From Candidatus Velthaea sp. (GTDB lineage: Bacteria > Vulcanimicrobiota > Vulcanimicrobiia > Vulcanimicrobiales > Vulcanimicrobiaceae), in assembly GCA_965214935.1 (NCBI GenBank), contig CBDCCS010000016.1, positions 1 to 64,000 on the forward strand: DNA of 64,000 bases, given 5' to 3'. Under the pieces are notes generated by a model that had not been told where the DNA came from, did not search any database, and saw only the letters and a program-made list of their open reading frames with translations. Position numbers and translations under genes: made by a program. The stretch's first letter is position 1, and every line of letters begins with the position of its first letter. Of this stretch, positions 49,000 through 59,699 are shown one piece after another.

Positions 49000-50964
49000 G
49001 TGAAGATTCCGAAATTGAAACCTGGCCCATCGGCGGCTGCAATTGCGACCATGATTGCAATCGCCATGTGGGCACTACCGGGAGCTGCGAGCGACGAGAC
49101 CGCGGAGCCGGTTTCAACGGCGGCACCCAGTCCGTCGAGCAGTCCCGTCGTTAGCCCGGCGCCCGTGCCGACGGTGCATCCGGTCGGCTTCCACGTTACA
49201 AGCAACGCGCGCTTGACGCTGATCGAACAGAACTTCGGTGGCCCCGGAACACGTGCACCTGAGGCGGCTAATTATGTGTCAGGCGCATTACCGTTGGCTC
49301 CCAATACGCCCTACGATATGTTTTCAAGTACGCCACAAGTTAGCGGTGATAGCGGAATCGGCGATATTTCCTCACAGATCAGCTATGGCTTGCGGGCTTT
49401 CGACTTTCGCATCGGTATTGGGGTTGAGAGCGTTCGCGGCAGCATCACGAACGCGACCTACTTAGGTGAAAATCTCATGCCGACAGTGAATCCGCATCTC
49501 GGCTCGCAGGCATTACCGTACGCCATGCGGTTTCCCGGACACGCCGGTCAAGATGACGGAACCGCGACACGCGTTTCCGTTCTTTCCGGAACGATCGCAA
49601 CGGCCGACGGCAATCTTGCGTTGCGTGCCGGCTGGTTCGATCTTGCTCAGACGGACCGCTTTGTTTTTGCGCAACCAAATCTTACGAATCTCAACCCCGC
49701 AATCGCATACACGCCGCCTGAGACTTTGACCAGCGGCGTTGCGGGGCTAGACGGCTGGCAGTCCGTCTCGAGCGCTCTACCGCTGCAAGGCATCGATCTC
49801 GTTGCCAAACACGGTTTAGCAACGCTGGAGGCGACAAACGCCGCGTTGCCGTCGCAACCCGGACAATCAGCGCGCCTTACAATGGGATCGATCGTTTTCG
49901 ATCGTGGCGAAGGAACCCGCTTCTCCGCCCAACTCGCTCACGTGACACTAGCCGGAGCGCCGTTTAGCACCTCCGTACCTTTTGGCGCCAATCCGGCCTT
50001 CACGCCGTATGCGCAGGGCATCTTCGGCACCAGCATATTATCGGGCGAGCGCGAAACGATCGCCGGTGTGCGCGGTACATTTCATGTGATACCGGTCCTC
50101 GGACTCGATGGTATCATGGAACTCGGCCGCTCGTGGTACGATTCTACACTCGCGGCGCGACCCGGCAGTGCATCCCCGGGCGGTTACTATCACGCGGGTT
50201 TGATCGAGACACACGGGCATGTCTCAGAAGCAATTGATTGCTATCGCATGGAACCACGCTACGCAACGATGATCCTGCCGTACGGCATTGCTGAAAACAC
50301 GTGGGCAGCCAGCTTTGCTTGGCCCGGGCAATGGCCGGCCGGTAACTATCAACTCGTCGACAATAGCGCGGTTGCAGCTAATCGGCAAGGCTATCGGCTA
50401 CGGGTTGCCCTGGATAAGACGCCGATCGAATTGCACATGGAGTATACGAACGTCCGGCAGATTGAGGCCGAAACCGTTGAATCTTCAATCCAATTAGGCT
50501 TCGTCGACCCTTATTATCTTGCCGAGCAGTCAGCCAAAGCGACATTCGGCCGTCAAAAGCGCATCGGTCTCTGGGCCGCCTGGCATCCCGCGTTTGGCGA
50601 CGTTACGCTCGATCTTATCGACGATATGCTGTATCGGCCGTTCGTCGCAACGCACCTCGAAGACGGCGTCTCCTATGAGGTGCCGCAAGCGGTGCTGGCG
50701 TACTCCCGCCATCTATCATCGAATGTCGTTCTATCGACCGGAGTTGGACGTTTCTCCGTCAAGGGGACGTTCAGTGAGTCGATTGATTTTAGCGAGCGGC
50801 TCTTCTTTCTCGGGGCTGAGATCGCGCAGACGCCGAGCGCATCGCTTCTCATAAGTTTCCGGCGCACCGCGTCGGGCGGAATAACGACGCTACCGTCGCT
50901 TCAACCGAGCTCGCCGAACTATAACGGCACGGCATTAATTGTGGAACAACGCGTTCGCTTTTAA
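49000..50964 (+). CDS. Putative outer-membrane beta-barrel protein
   Basis: GGAG RBS and GTG 49000; signal peptide, Pro/Ser linker, amphipathic beta strands, C-terminal EQRVRF. Confidence 0.65.
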   Translation: MKIPKLKPGPSAAAIATMIAIAMWALPGAASDETAEPVSTAAPSPSSSPVVSPAPVPTVHPVGFHVTSNARLTLIEQNFGGPGTRAPEAANYVSGALPLAPNTPYDMFSSTPQVSGDSGIGDISSQISYGLRAFDFRIGIGVESVRGSITNATYLGENLMPTVNPHLGSQALPYAMRFPGHAGQDDGTATRVSVLSGTIATADGNLALRAGWFDLAQTDRFVFAQPNLTNLNPAIAYTPPETLTSGVAGLDGWQSVSSALPLQGIDLVAKHGLATLEATNAALPSQPGQSARLTMGSIVFDRGEGTRFSAQLAHVTLAGAPFSTSVPFGANPAFTPYAQGIFGTSILSGERETIAGVRGTFHVIPVLGLDGIMELGRSWYDSTLAARPGSASPGGYYHAGLIETHGHVSEAIDCYRMEPRYATMILPYGIAENTWAASFAWPGQWPAGNYQLVDNSAVAANRQGYRLRVALDKTPIELHMEYTNVRQIEAETVESSIQLGFVDPYYLAEQSAKATFGRQKRIGLWAAWHPAFGDVTLDLIDDMLYRPFVATHLEDGVSYEVPQAVLAYSRHLSSNVVLSTGVGRFSVKGTFSESIDFSERLFFLGAEIAQTPSASLLISFRRTASGGITTLPSLQPSSPNYNGTALIVEQRVRF

Positions 50965-51231
50965 CTGCAATAAAGTAGCGCCCGAAAACCAGGGCTACGT
51001 TAAGGCCGGTTGGAACCCGCGTCGCGTACGCAGGGCCGTTAACGGCTGAACATTCAAGCTGCTACAGCGATATCGCGAGCTAAGCCTTGATTCGTCGAGG
51101 TTTCTTAACCTCGGGTAAGGGCGGCGGCTTTGGTAAACCTGCGGATTTGCGCTGCGTCGCACGGCCAAAGGCCCTTGGGTTCCTCCGGTGTGCGTGGTAC
51201 GCTTTTGCAGCTACCATCCACAGGATGTCTC

Positions 51232-51456
51232 ATGAGAACGCTCGCCTTTACGTTCTGCGCCGCACTTTGCGTCAACTCGTTGCCCGCGACGGCTTCATCC
51301 CCGGCGCCCGCACCGCATGCCCCATATTATGTGACCGACGGCCGGACGGCAGTAGCGGGTCCGTTTCGCACATACTTTGCATGCAGTCAAGATCTCAAGA
51401 CGCTGCGCCAAGTGAATAACTCGCTATTCTGCGGCTCAACCTGGATTCGTCACTAA
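51232..51456 (+). CDS. Small secreted Cys-containing protein
   Basis: AGGA RBS; signal-like N-terminus; mature part GPF..Y..C..(15)..C. Confidence 0.55.
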   Translation: MRTLAFTFCAALCVNSLPATASSPAPAPHAPYYVTDGRTAVAGPFRTYFACSQDLKTLRQVNNSLFCGSTWIRH

Positions 51457-51524
51457 CCGCGGGTTCAGTGGCGGTCGCTGCCGCGTCTCTTACATGCGCT
51501 TTACGTTAGCGCACAAACGACGGT

Positions 51525-53678
51525 ATGACCGTTGCGGCTGGCGAAGTTTGCGTGCCTGCCGATAACGTTTGCATGAGTCCTCGCACGCTTTCGGCGCTCA
51601 ACGCGAGCAACATTGCACTTGGTCGAAAGTTTGCGATTTTCGGCGTCGGTCTGTGCGCGCTGTTCTCGTCTGCACTATTTCTTTGCGCCCAGACGTATGC
51701 GCCGATCGCCGAGCGCTCGAACGCCGAAGCACGATCACATGCCGCTGCATCGGCGGCTTCTCAAGCGTTCGAGCAATGGACGCTCGAGGACGACCAGTCG
51801 AATATGTTTGCAGCACTGGTTGCCTTGCACGACCCGGCTCAAAAGCAACTTACGCAAACGACTCGTCAGCAAGTGCTCGACGCGCGCGCAGCTGTCGACG
51901 CTCCGCTAACGTCGGCCGAATTCGCGTTAAGGGATGATAAATCGCGCGCTTTGGTCGCACGCATCCATCGTGCTTTGACGCTGTACGACGGCTTCACGAG
52001 CACGATGTTTGCACGAGCAAACCGTGGCGACATCGTCGGCACCATTCGCGTTATGACCGTGGACAACTCCAATGCGTCCGATGAGGTCACCAGAGCGTTT
52101 ACGGCGCTCGCAAAGCGAGCCGATGAGATTTCGGCCGGGGCGAATCGCGACGTTGGGGCAATCGCATCGCTTGGCGCGCGGCCGATGTTCCCGATCGCCC
52201 TCGTTATGCTCGTCTTCACATCAATAATGTTGACGCTTCTCGGCCGCTCGATCATCGGGCCACTTCGTAAACTGACCATCGTCGCGGAAAAACTCGCCGT
52301 CGGAAATGTCGAGGTCGAGGCCGACTTACCGCGTATCGGCCGCGACGAAATTGGGACGTTATCCCAAGCATTTCGCGAGATGGTCGTCAACCAGCTCAAT
52401 ATCGCACGTGCCGCTGAAGCAGTTGCCGCCGGAGACCTGCGCCGCGAGCAAATATCGCGTGGCCAACACGATCGGCTCGGACTCGCGTTCGAATCGATGG
52501 TCGATGACCTCTGCAATTTGATCCGAGGCGTCGCAAAGACCAGTACGTCGCTCACTACGGCTTCGCTCGAAGCGTCCAAGGCGGCGCGACAATCGACAAA
52601 CGCGGTCGGAGAAATCGCCGAAGCGGTCGACTTGGTCGCTTCGGGTGCTCAAGATCAGGCCGGCAAGATTGCCATCACGGCGATATCCATCGAAGAACTC
52701 AGCCGGACGGCCGAGCAAATCGCAACGGTTGCGACCCACCAAGCCGAATCAATTGCCATGACGAATGCTGCACTTCAGAAACTCAATAACGGCATCGGTT
52801 CTCTGTCAGTGCAAGGTGCCTCACTCGCCACGGCCGCCCGGGAGGCGTCGTCCGAAGCCGCGACAGGTGATACCGCCGTTAGCGAGACGGCCAGCACGAT
52901 CGCCGAACTCAAAACCGTCTCGATGACGGCCGCCGGCGCAATGGCGAACCTCGAAGAGCGCTCGTCACAAGTCGAAGAAATCGTGGATACGATCGGCGAC
53001 ATCGCCGATCAAACGAATTTGCTTGCGCTTAATGCAGCCATCGAGGCTGCTCGCGCCGGCGAGCATGGACGAGGCTTCGCCGTCGTAGCTGATGAGGTTC
53101 GTAAGCTCGCCGAACGCAGTTCACGAGCAACAAAAGAGATATCGCAAATTCTAAGCGCTATCAAGCGCGAAACGATTTCGGCTGCCCACGCGATGCGGAC
53201 CTCGTCTGACTCGATGGATTCGGGCATCGCCGTGTCCCAGCGCGCTTCGCGTTCGCTCGAAAGCGTCGGACGTGCCATAGCGACAACGACGAGCGTCGCT
53301 GAACTGTTAGCGGGTCAAGCGCGAGAGATGCAAGATGCCTCGGTGCGCGTCACTCAAAATATGGCCAATGCCTCCGCGGCCGTGGACGAAAATGCCGCCG
53401 CGGCGGCGGAGATGCGTAGTACGACGGATCACGTAACGAACGCCATGGTGCCCGTTGCCGAGACTGCGTCGCAGAATGCAGCTACGGCTCAAGAAGCCGC
53501 ACGTTCGACTCAACAACTTGCGCTAGGTATTGCCGAGCTGGACTCAACGGCAAACGCAGTACGAGATCAGGCACAAGTCCTTCAAAGCCTCGTCGCGAAA
53601 TTTATCTTCGCGGAGTTGGCCGACATCGGCCTCGAAGCGCCGCGCCGGAACGGTCCGGCTTTAGTGGCCTCACGCTGA
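51525..53678 (+). CDS. Methyl-accepting chemotaxis protein
   Basis: Two TM segments with a periplasmic four-helix domain, HAMP (DEIG.L), [40 protein letters not shown]. Confidence 0.95.
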   Translation: MTVAAGEVCVPADNVCMSPRTLSALNASNIALGRKFAIFGVGLCALFSSALFLCAQTYAPIAERSNAEARSHAAASAASQAFEQWTLEDDQSNMFAALVALHDPAQKQLTQTTRQQVLDARAAVDAPLTSAEFALRDDKSRALVARIHRALTLYDGFTSTMFARANRGDIVGTIRVMTVDNSNASDEVTRAFTALAKRADEISAGANRDVGAIASLGARPMFPIALVMLVFTSIMLTLLGRSIIGPLRKLTIVAEKLAVGNVEVEADLPRIGRDEIGTLSQAFREMVVNQLNIARAAEAVAAGDLRREQISRGQHDRLGLAFESMVDDLCNLIRGVAKTSTSLTTASLEASKAARQSTNAVGEIAEAVDLVASGAQDQAGKIAITAISIEELSRTAEQIATVATHQAESIAMTNAALQKLNNGIGSLSVQGASLATAAREASSEAATGDTAVSETASTIAELKTVSMTAAGAMANLEERSSQVEEIVDTIGDIADQTNLLALNAAIEAARAGEHGRGFAVVADEVRKLAERSSRATKEISQILSAIKRETISAAHAMRTSSDSMDSGIAVSQRASRSLESVGRAIATTTSVAELLAGQAREMQDASVRVTQNMANASAAVDENAAAAAEMRSTTDHVTNAMVPVAETASQNAATAQEAARSTQQLALGIAELDSTANAVRDQAQVLQSLVAKFIFAELADIGLEAPRRNGPALVASR

Positions 53679-53966
53679 CGTCGGCTGAGGCGCGGCGCGG
53701 ACTATACATAGACGTGACGCGGGCGCGTGAAAGGATGTGCTCCGGGCAATCCGCTGCGTTACTGCGTTTTTACAGGAACCATTACGCAAGCTCGTCTCGG
53801 CGACTGTATAAATCTAGCTGCGTTGAAAATGCAAACAGACAACCAGATGACAACATGCGATCTCAATTAAAGAGAAAACCGCCTGGCCTAGGTAATGACG
53901 GTTTCTTAGCGTTAGTAGATTGGCTAGGGTAATAACGGATCGTTGGAAATTTTAGGCGGCTGCTCT

Positions 53967-55163
53967 TTATATTGATTGCCCGGAATCGCCTGTTTCGTCA
54001 ATGCTATCGTAGGATTCGTATGGTCCATAGCCAGTGGGACCCTGGTTTGATTGAGCGATGCTTCCGTTTGAATACGCTTGTGGGCCTTCATAACACACTT
54101 GCGCGTAGACTGAAACAAAGAACGTACAAAGGCTGGTGCCGGGCTGGCAGTCCGAACTTTAATTACCGAAGGCGACCTGCAGCCAATCAATTCCACTGGT
54201 AATCGCGGACGCTACTCCGAAGTAAGATCCATCAATTTTAAATAAATGGCTCACCCTGAGCGATGCTTGTAACTCGACTAACTGAACAGTTTTGGCAGGG
54301 CGTTAAGGCACCTGCGCAATCTATTCCGCCGCCAACGTATCGCCGGGTGCGGTTGAAAAGAGCCAGGCAGCATTCGCAAGCGCGATGATTTTTTCATCAA
54401 CCCACGCCGTTTGAGGGTCATAGCTATTGGAGAGCTGGCGGACCTCAGTATAACCTGCGGTGCTGCTCCTAAGATAAGGTTGTACACTGGCATCGTAATT
54501 ATACTGCAAGCCGCCTTCAACCAAGCTTCCTGAAGTGACGCGAACTTCAAAAAAAAAGATTACCTTGGTCGCCGATTGCAAGTGCTGATTCACCGCATGG
54601 TACACTAACAAACCCCACCCTGCCGTGAATCCGCAATCGACACCATGAGACTGTAGGCTCCTCCAGGATAATTCCCGGATTGGGCGGCGAACAAGAAGAG
54701 GTATAGTTCAATGGACGCGTATGCATTCCGCTCCCTAAGCTCCTTAAGGGAGCGCTGGCCGTTGGGCAATTATCACTGGCTGCGTTCTAACGCATGCAAG
54801 CAACGCCGGATTATTGCTCATTAATCGCCCGCGGTTGTATGAAGTCACGTCGTTGCAAAGGCGGCATAATTCGCATGAGGTCTTCCGCCGTCTTGCGATC
54901 TGTCGGTGACAAAGACTGGTCAATGTAAGCATCAAATCCGCAGCTGCGGAAAAAGCTTGTCCTTTCGCAACAGCAAATTTGTTGCCAACATTACATGACG
55001 ACGAAGCTGCACTTGGTGATCGTAATGCCAAGCTATCTAAGCTACTTGTCCTCGGAAGACTCGTGTTAATAGGCGCCAGTCCTGCGCAAGCCGCTAGCGA
55101 TAGCACTGTACTTAACGCGATTACGAATCCGCGAACCAAACGCTGTAACGGACGAAAAGACAT
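53967..55163 (-). pseudogene. Shattered secreted lipoprotein gene
   Basis: Hand-stitched frames: LSLAAC lipobox, DQSLSPTDRKTAEDLMRIMPP, SNNPALL, NYPGGAYSLMVS, GFVSVPC..GDQGNLFFEV..EGGLQYN..VQPYLR, CSVSRVTSIAQ, DGSYFG, GIDWLQVAFG; several frameshifts and in-frame stops. Confidence 0.65.
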
Positions 55164-55198
55164 AATACTCCGATGCATTAAATGGAGACGAGAGGAGT

Positions 55199-55693
55199 AT
55201 GCTAATGCCGCGTTTGATGATATTTGTGCTCTTCCTTTTAGCGTGTTCGAGAACTTTCGACTCTCCCGTGGCCGACCATCTGCGCGATGCACGCGGTTGT
55301 GACGCGTATGCCAGCACGTCGGTAGGCTACAGCTGTCTCCAAAAAACTGCAGATGGAGGCGTTCGGTGTTCTGGTTATATTGCGCCGGGTGCCTCAGCTC
55401 CCCAGTGGCAGTCGCTACCGATCAGTTACCCGGCTCGCTCAGCAAGCCATGTTAATTCTTTGCGGCTAAATGTGCAGCAACAAAAACTGATTAACCGCGC
55501 GCTGACGAAGCGAAATGCCGCGACGCTCCGCTTCGTTTTTCTAACCAGTGACGATCTGATTGTCTTTAATGCTCCGGACGGTCCTTGCCTTGATGCGGCC
55601 GGAGGTTACCAAGTTCTAAATTATACGAACGCTAATCTTTTCTATGAACCAGGGGAGAATCCCTTACATGTTTATGCGGGCTCGACTTGGTAG
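55199..55693 (+). CDS. Putative lipoprotein
   Basis: GAGGAG RBS; MIFVLFLLAC lipobox; several Cys. Confidence 0.7.
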   Translation: MLMPRLMIFVLFLLACSRTFDSPVADHLRDARGCDAYASTSVGYSCLQKTADGGVRCSGYIAPGASAPQWQSLPISYPARSASHVNSLRLNVQQQKLINRALTKRNAATLRFVFLTSDDLIVFNAPDGPCLDAAGGYQVLNYTNANLFYEPGENPLHVYAGSTW

Positions 55694-55836
55694 ATTGTCT
55701 GGTTTTCCAAACCTGTCGCCCGTCGCACTTTCAAACCAGCATAGCGACTGTTGAGCGCGTGGTCGTTTTGCAAGGTGGCAGAAACTGACAGTAAAAAATC
55801 TGATTGAAAGTTTGCCTTTTGCTGCTAAATCTAGAG

Positions 55837-56380
55837 TCAACGGTTTTCTGGATATTGTCCGTGCTCGATCTTGGGGTACTGCAACAAAGCAGGCTTAGAT
55901 TTTGCGGCTTCGACGAATAGCCGATAAGGATCGATGACGTATCCGTCGCCGTAAGAAATCACCTCTACGGCGTATAACATACCGCCGTCTGTTGACCACA
56001 AGATGATTTCAACGCGGTATACGTGAGGCGCGCCCATGGGAACGCGCGGCGCAATTTCGCTGATTTTTCCTCCGCTTACTAGAAAGGTTATCCCGGGGGA
56101 ATCTGGCGCACCGATGTCGCTTGTTAAGTCTCGCGCTTGCGTGAGATCGATAGCTGGACCGTCGACCATCGGATTGGGCGACGGGGGGCCATCAAGAACG
56201 TTTACGTCGCACCAACCGGTCACGTCGTAGTCGGTGATCTCAAAAGATTCGACTTGGCGCTCTAACTCCAGATTGCGTAAGGTTACGATGCGAAGAAATT
56301 CGCGCTCGAGATGTGTAGGGGAGGCGGTAAGGTTTTGTGGCCCTACACGGTGGCATGCGGCTAGATTCTCGATAAGCCAT
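55837..56380 (-). pseudogene. Frameshifted hypothetical gene, immunity-protein-like (DUF6984-like by eye)
   Basis: AGGAGG RBS at ATG 56380; removing one C at ~56320 gives PYRLPTHLEREFLRIV..DVTGWCDV..VEIILWSTDGGMLYAVEVISY. Confidence 0.5.
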
Positions 56381-56560
56381 ATCCCTCCTGAGATAACAAG
56401 CCTCGCGGAGTTAAAAAGCGCATCGATTCAGGCAGGTCAAAAATCGAATGCAGCTCGGGATTGCCACGGTTGGTAACCGAGGACGTTTGAAGTCAGATGC
56501 ACAAAAAGGTTCGCTTTTGCAGCATGTTCTCGTTGCAGCCTGAGCGAAACCCGTAGCCGC

Positions 56561-57574
56561 TCAACAAGCTCCCTGTAAAGCAATATCTGGGTCGAGCAAA
56601 TGCGCACCGATCGAATCGACGGCGTCGAGTGCAGCGTTGGCAAGCACGACGACCGCCTCCCTTCGTGACGGCGAAAATCCCATAAATGAGCGGTAGCCGC
56701 CGGTTCCTCCGTTATGCCAGACATTGCCGCGTGACCCGGTCAACCACGCGAGCCCGATACGGTGACCTCCAAATGCGTCGCTTCGCGGCTCTTGTGTCAT
56801 ACGGGCTTCGAGAGCTAATGGGTCATCGATCGCCGTTAGATGAATAGCCAGGAAGCGTAGCATGTCGTTGATGGTCGAACGAACGGCCCCAGCTCCTTGA
56901 AGCGCGCCTGTTTGCCAAGCGGGAGTCGGCAAACCGCCGGCAGTGTGGCCCTGAATCAAACGAAAATCGTCCTTATAGTCGGCCCGACTTGAGAGCATCG
57001 CGAGCCCAGCGAAAACGCGTTCCTGCACAAGTTCTGCATACGACATATCCGCGTGATCGGCTAATAGTGTGCCGAGCAAACCATAGCCGAAATTCGAGTA
57101 TTCGAAGTCGTCGCCAGGAGCCCGACGCAACCGGTAAACGTCGAGGCATGAGAATAACTTCGCGCGATTGTAATTCTTGTATGGATTATTGCTGATTAAG
57201 GCCGACCATCCTATGTTTGGCGGTAATCGCGGGAGGCCTGACCGATGCGTCGCAAGGTCCAGAAGCTTGATCTGCCGACCGTCCATTTCGGGAGCCTTCA
57301 CGCCCTCGGGAAACAGCTCGCCGATTGGCGTATCTAGACTAAGGTCGCTCGTCCGTACCATCGATGCCAAAGTAAGTGCCGTGATCGGCTTCGTCAGCGA
57401 ACCGATCTCGAACAGCGTGTCCCCGTCCGCTTCGGGCGCACCGGGCGCTGCGATGATGTTAGTGTGAGAACTCTGGAGGTCGAGTCGCCCGATCGCGACC
57501 ACGATGCCAGCAAAGTTGAATTTCTGGCGAATGAACGCCACGACCTCATCAGAAAGCGATTGGCCACCAAGCAT
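56561..57574 (-). CDS. Serine hydrolase, class C beta-lactamase-like
   Basis: FEIGSLTK (SxxK), LATHRSGL, YSN, HNGGTGG. Confidence 0.92.
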   Translation of the reverse strand: MLGGQSLSDEVVAFIRQKFNFAGIVVAIGRLDLQSSHTNIIAAPGAPEADGDTLFEIGSLTKPITALTLASMVRTSDLSLDTPIGELFPEGVKAPEMDGRQIKLLDLATHRSGLPRLPPNIGWSALISNNPYKNYNRAKLFSCLDVYRLRRAPGDDFEYSNFGYGLLGTLLADHADMSYAELVQERVFAGLAMLSSRADYKDDFRLIQGHTAGGLPTPAWQTGALQGAGAVRSTINDMLRFLAIHLTAIDDPLALEARMTQEPRSDAFGGHRIGLAWLTGSRGNVWHNGGTGGYRSFMGFSPSRREAVVVLANAALDAVDSIGAHLLDPDIALQGAC

Positions 57575-57681
57575 AAATTTGCTTTCGCGTGCGCTTGGTT
57601 GCGCTACCTACAAAACAAAAGACCGAACGTACTTGGATCAATGCCGCACATGCCCTGAAGGGGTCCCTTTTGTGCAGGTTG

Positions 57682-58188
57682 CTACGGGTTTAGCGGTTGC
57701 GAGTCACTTTGGCTCGAACCTAGCAGATCTTGGAGGATGGATCGTAAGCCTTCGAGTCTTTCAACACCAATGCGATTCGCGTAGCGATGCTCAATGGCGT
57801 CGAGAGCATTAAAGCTTTCGATCATCAACTTCCATCCGTTGGCGGTGAATCGAATAATGCGGGAGCGCTTGTCCTCTTCATCAGCCACGCTGAGAAGATA
57901 TCCAAGTGTTTCAAGCTCGTCAGCTAGACGGCCCATTGCCTGTTTTGAGATTCCCGCTCGTGCCGCCACTACCGAAAGCTTATTGCCGTGATCGTCCAAG
58001 TTTGAGAGAAGTGTAGTGTGAGTCGAGCGGATGATGTATCCGCGACGTATGAGTTCCTCGACGATGTCCGCGTTGAGAACGCGCGATGCGCGCAATAACA
58101 GCTGACGAATGTTGTTCTTTCGTGCCGCCGGGATTCGTGCCGCGTCGGCCGCTGATGCTTGAAAGCGTTGTGCTCGTAGTGTTGACAT
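57682..58188 (-). CDS. MarR-family regulator
   Basis: GISKQAM..LE..GYL, DKRSR, FT..G. Confidence 0.9.
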   Translation of the reverse strand: MSTLRAQRFQASAADAARIPAARKNNIRQLLLRASRVLNADIVEELIRRGYIIRSTHTTLLSNLDDHGNKLSVVAARAGISKQAMGRLADELETLGYLLSVADEEDKRSRIIRFTANGWKLMIESFNALDAIEHRYANRIGVERLEGLRSILQDLLGSSQSDSQPLNP

Positions 58189-58217
58189 GATAGTAACCTA
58201 AAGTTACGATATGTCAA
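58182..58217. promoter_or_regulatory. Palindromic operator with overlapping divergent sigma70-type promoters
   Basis: TTGACATGATAGTAAC-ctaaa-GTTACGATATGTCAA; plus strand TTGACA-N17-TACGAT, minus strand TTGACA-N16-TACTAT. Confidence 0.7.
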
Positions 58218-58244
58218 ATCTTTTCCCTGGCTTTGGAGGCATCC

Positions 58245-58574
58245 GTGACAATCCAGCAGTTCCTCGACCCGACGTCCGTCGCGTGGATCGAGTTTGCTCC
58301 TGGCGTACAACTTCAAGTGCTGGCGCAGCCGGTGCCCGACGGATCAATCCATCGAGCCAGATTGACCGCAGGCACGACGATACCAGTGCATAGCCATCCG
58401 GCCGATGAATTTGTCCAAGTGGTGAGCGGAACGATCGTAACCGGCGGACGCCGCTGTGAAGCTGGAACGTTCTGGATTACTCCGTCGGGAACACGACAAG
58501 GACCGCACGTAGCAGAAAGTGATGTCGAGCTTTTGACGGTTCGACTCGGCCCAATGGGACTTTTTGGCGAGTAA
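58245..58574 (+). CDS. Cupin-domain protein (ChrR-like)
   Basis: GGAGG RBS; PVHSHPADEFVQVVSG, P.GT.QGP. Confidence 0.85.
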   Translation: MTIQQFLDPTSVAWIEFAPGVQLQVLAQPVPDGSIHRARLTAGTTIPVHSHPADEFVQVVSGTIVTGGRRCEAGTFWITPSGTRQGPHVAESDVELLTVRLGPMGLFGE

Positions 58575-58740
58575 GTCTAGCCTCGTTCGAGAAAATCTCG
58601 CCGCTGCACGAAAGGTTGCCTTTTGAGCGAGCGCCTTCGCGTGGCGGTGTTTGCGATAGGCTCCGAGCGTGATGGTGCTCAAGCCCTTCAATCGCCCCGC
58701 CGAAGGTTTTTTTTAAGCATAGACCACTCGACGAAAGTCT

Positions 58741-59271
58741 TTAAGGGAGAGTTTTTTCCGTTCTCAGTTCTTGAGTGACTACTTCGTTGCAATTTTTATA
58801 AACATCATCTGATAGAAACCCATAACGAGTATATGAATACGAAAAAATGGCAACGTCATCTTGTCGCCGGACGGAGTCTCTGAGTGAACTTAAATTTAGA
58901 AGCCAAAAGCTTTCGCCAAATTTAGGTCGAAACGTTGGGAGCTGCTTTGCGATTTGGTCCGCTGTTAGCGGGCCGTCCACTTCTAGTGGGTATTCAGACG
59001 TTGTTCCATCGTGTTGGGTAAATGTGACTTTGAAGTGATATGTGGCGTTCATGTTATAGCTCGGGCTATCATTTGGGACGGGGATGCAAATGGATATGAT
59101 CTTGTCGGAAAAGGATGCGGGTTTCTTGGACGTGACCGTACTGCTCGTTTCTAACGATGTTGAAACGGCGTGCACATCTACCGTGATCTGGGGGGCCTCG
59201 ATACATGTACTACCGACGGCTGCGCTACTTGAGCCTAGCTGGAGTAGCCGCAGCAGTACTAATTGAACCAT
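58741..59271 (-). CDS. Hypothetical, possibly secreted protein
   Basis: Long AT-rich ORF with a hydrophobic N-terminus from ATG 59271; no motif recognised. Confidence 0.5.
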   Translation of the reverse strand: MVQLVLLRLLQLGSSSAAVGSTCIEAPQITVDVHAVSTSLETSSTVTSKKPASFSDKIISICIPVPNDSPSYNMNATYHFKVTFTQHDGTTSEYPLEVDGPLTADQIAKQLPTFRPKFGESFWLLNLSSLRDSVRRQDDVAIFSYSYTRYGFLSDDVYKNCNEVVTQELRTEKTLP

Positions 59272-59311
59272 ATGTTGACGAGACCGGTCCTTATTATAAT
59301 TCGCGGAAATG

Positions 59312-59543
59312 CGAACGAAACGGGCCGTTACGACGAAAGGCAACTGGCAGCTCCCGCCGGGGATTCTTTCGCCACGCAGCCTCGGAAGTCAAACCGCGCC
59401 GTGTTGTTCGTTATTCGGGGCCGATGGGCCCAACCTTTAAGCGAAACAGTCGCAAGGCCGAACGAAAAGGGTCCTTAAGATGCAAACACACAAGCTCCGG
59501 CCCGTAACGGTTTCCGCGCCGCAAAAGGGCCGCTCAAAATACA
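59312..59543. repeat. Imperfect ~27-bp direct repeats upstream of the resolvase stub
   Basis: CGAACGAAACGGGCCGTTACGACGAAA (59312) vs CGAACGAAAAGGGTCCTTAAGATGCAA (59459), 21/27 identical; weaker third copy at ~59517. Confidence 0.5.
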
Positions 59544-59699
59544 AAGGCCGGAATTCCCTCGACGAGCTGCTCGCCGCGCTCGCCGCCGGCCACTCGGCCC
59601 GCGCGACGAAAAAGGCCCGGCTCGGGCGGCGGTAGCGGCTAAACCGTCAAGAACGAAGCTAGAGAAAGCCTCAGGACGGCGTTTGCCGCGCCGGGATTG

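Noticed and set aside
51131..51185. GGTAAACC GEMM-like seed upstream of the small secreted ORF
   Set aside because: The downstream GGACGC/GACAC and GYUGCC blocks are missing.
53967..56380. Recoding (alternative genetic code or programmed frameshifting) as the cause of the broken island ORFs
   Set aside because: Mixed stops and frameshifts in different contexts fit ordinary decay better; the A9 run alone cannot restore the gene.
59312..59543. CRISPR array
   Set aside because: The repeats are degenerate, few and unevenly spaced (147 and ~58 bp), and no cas genes are present.
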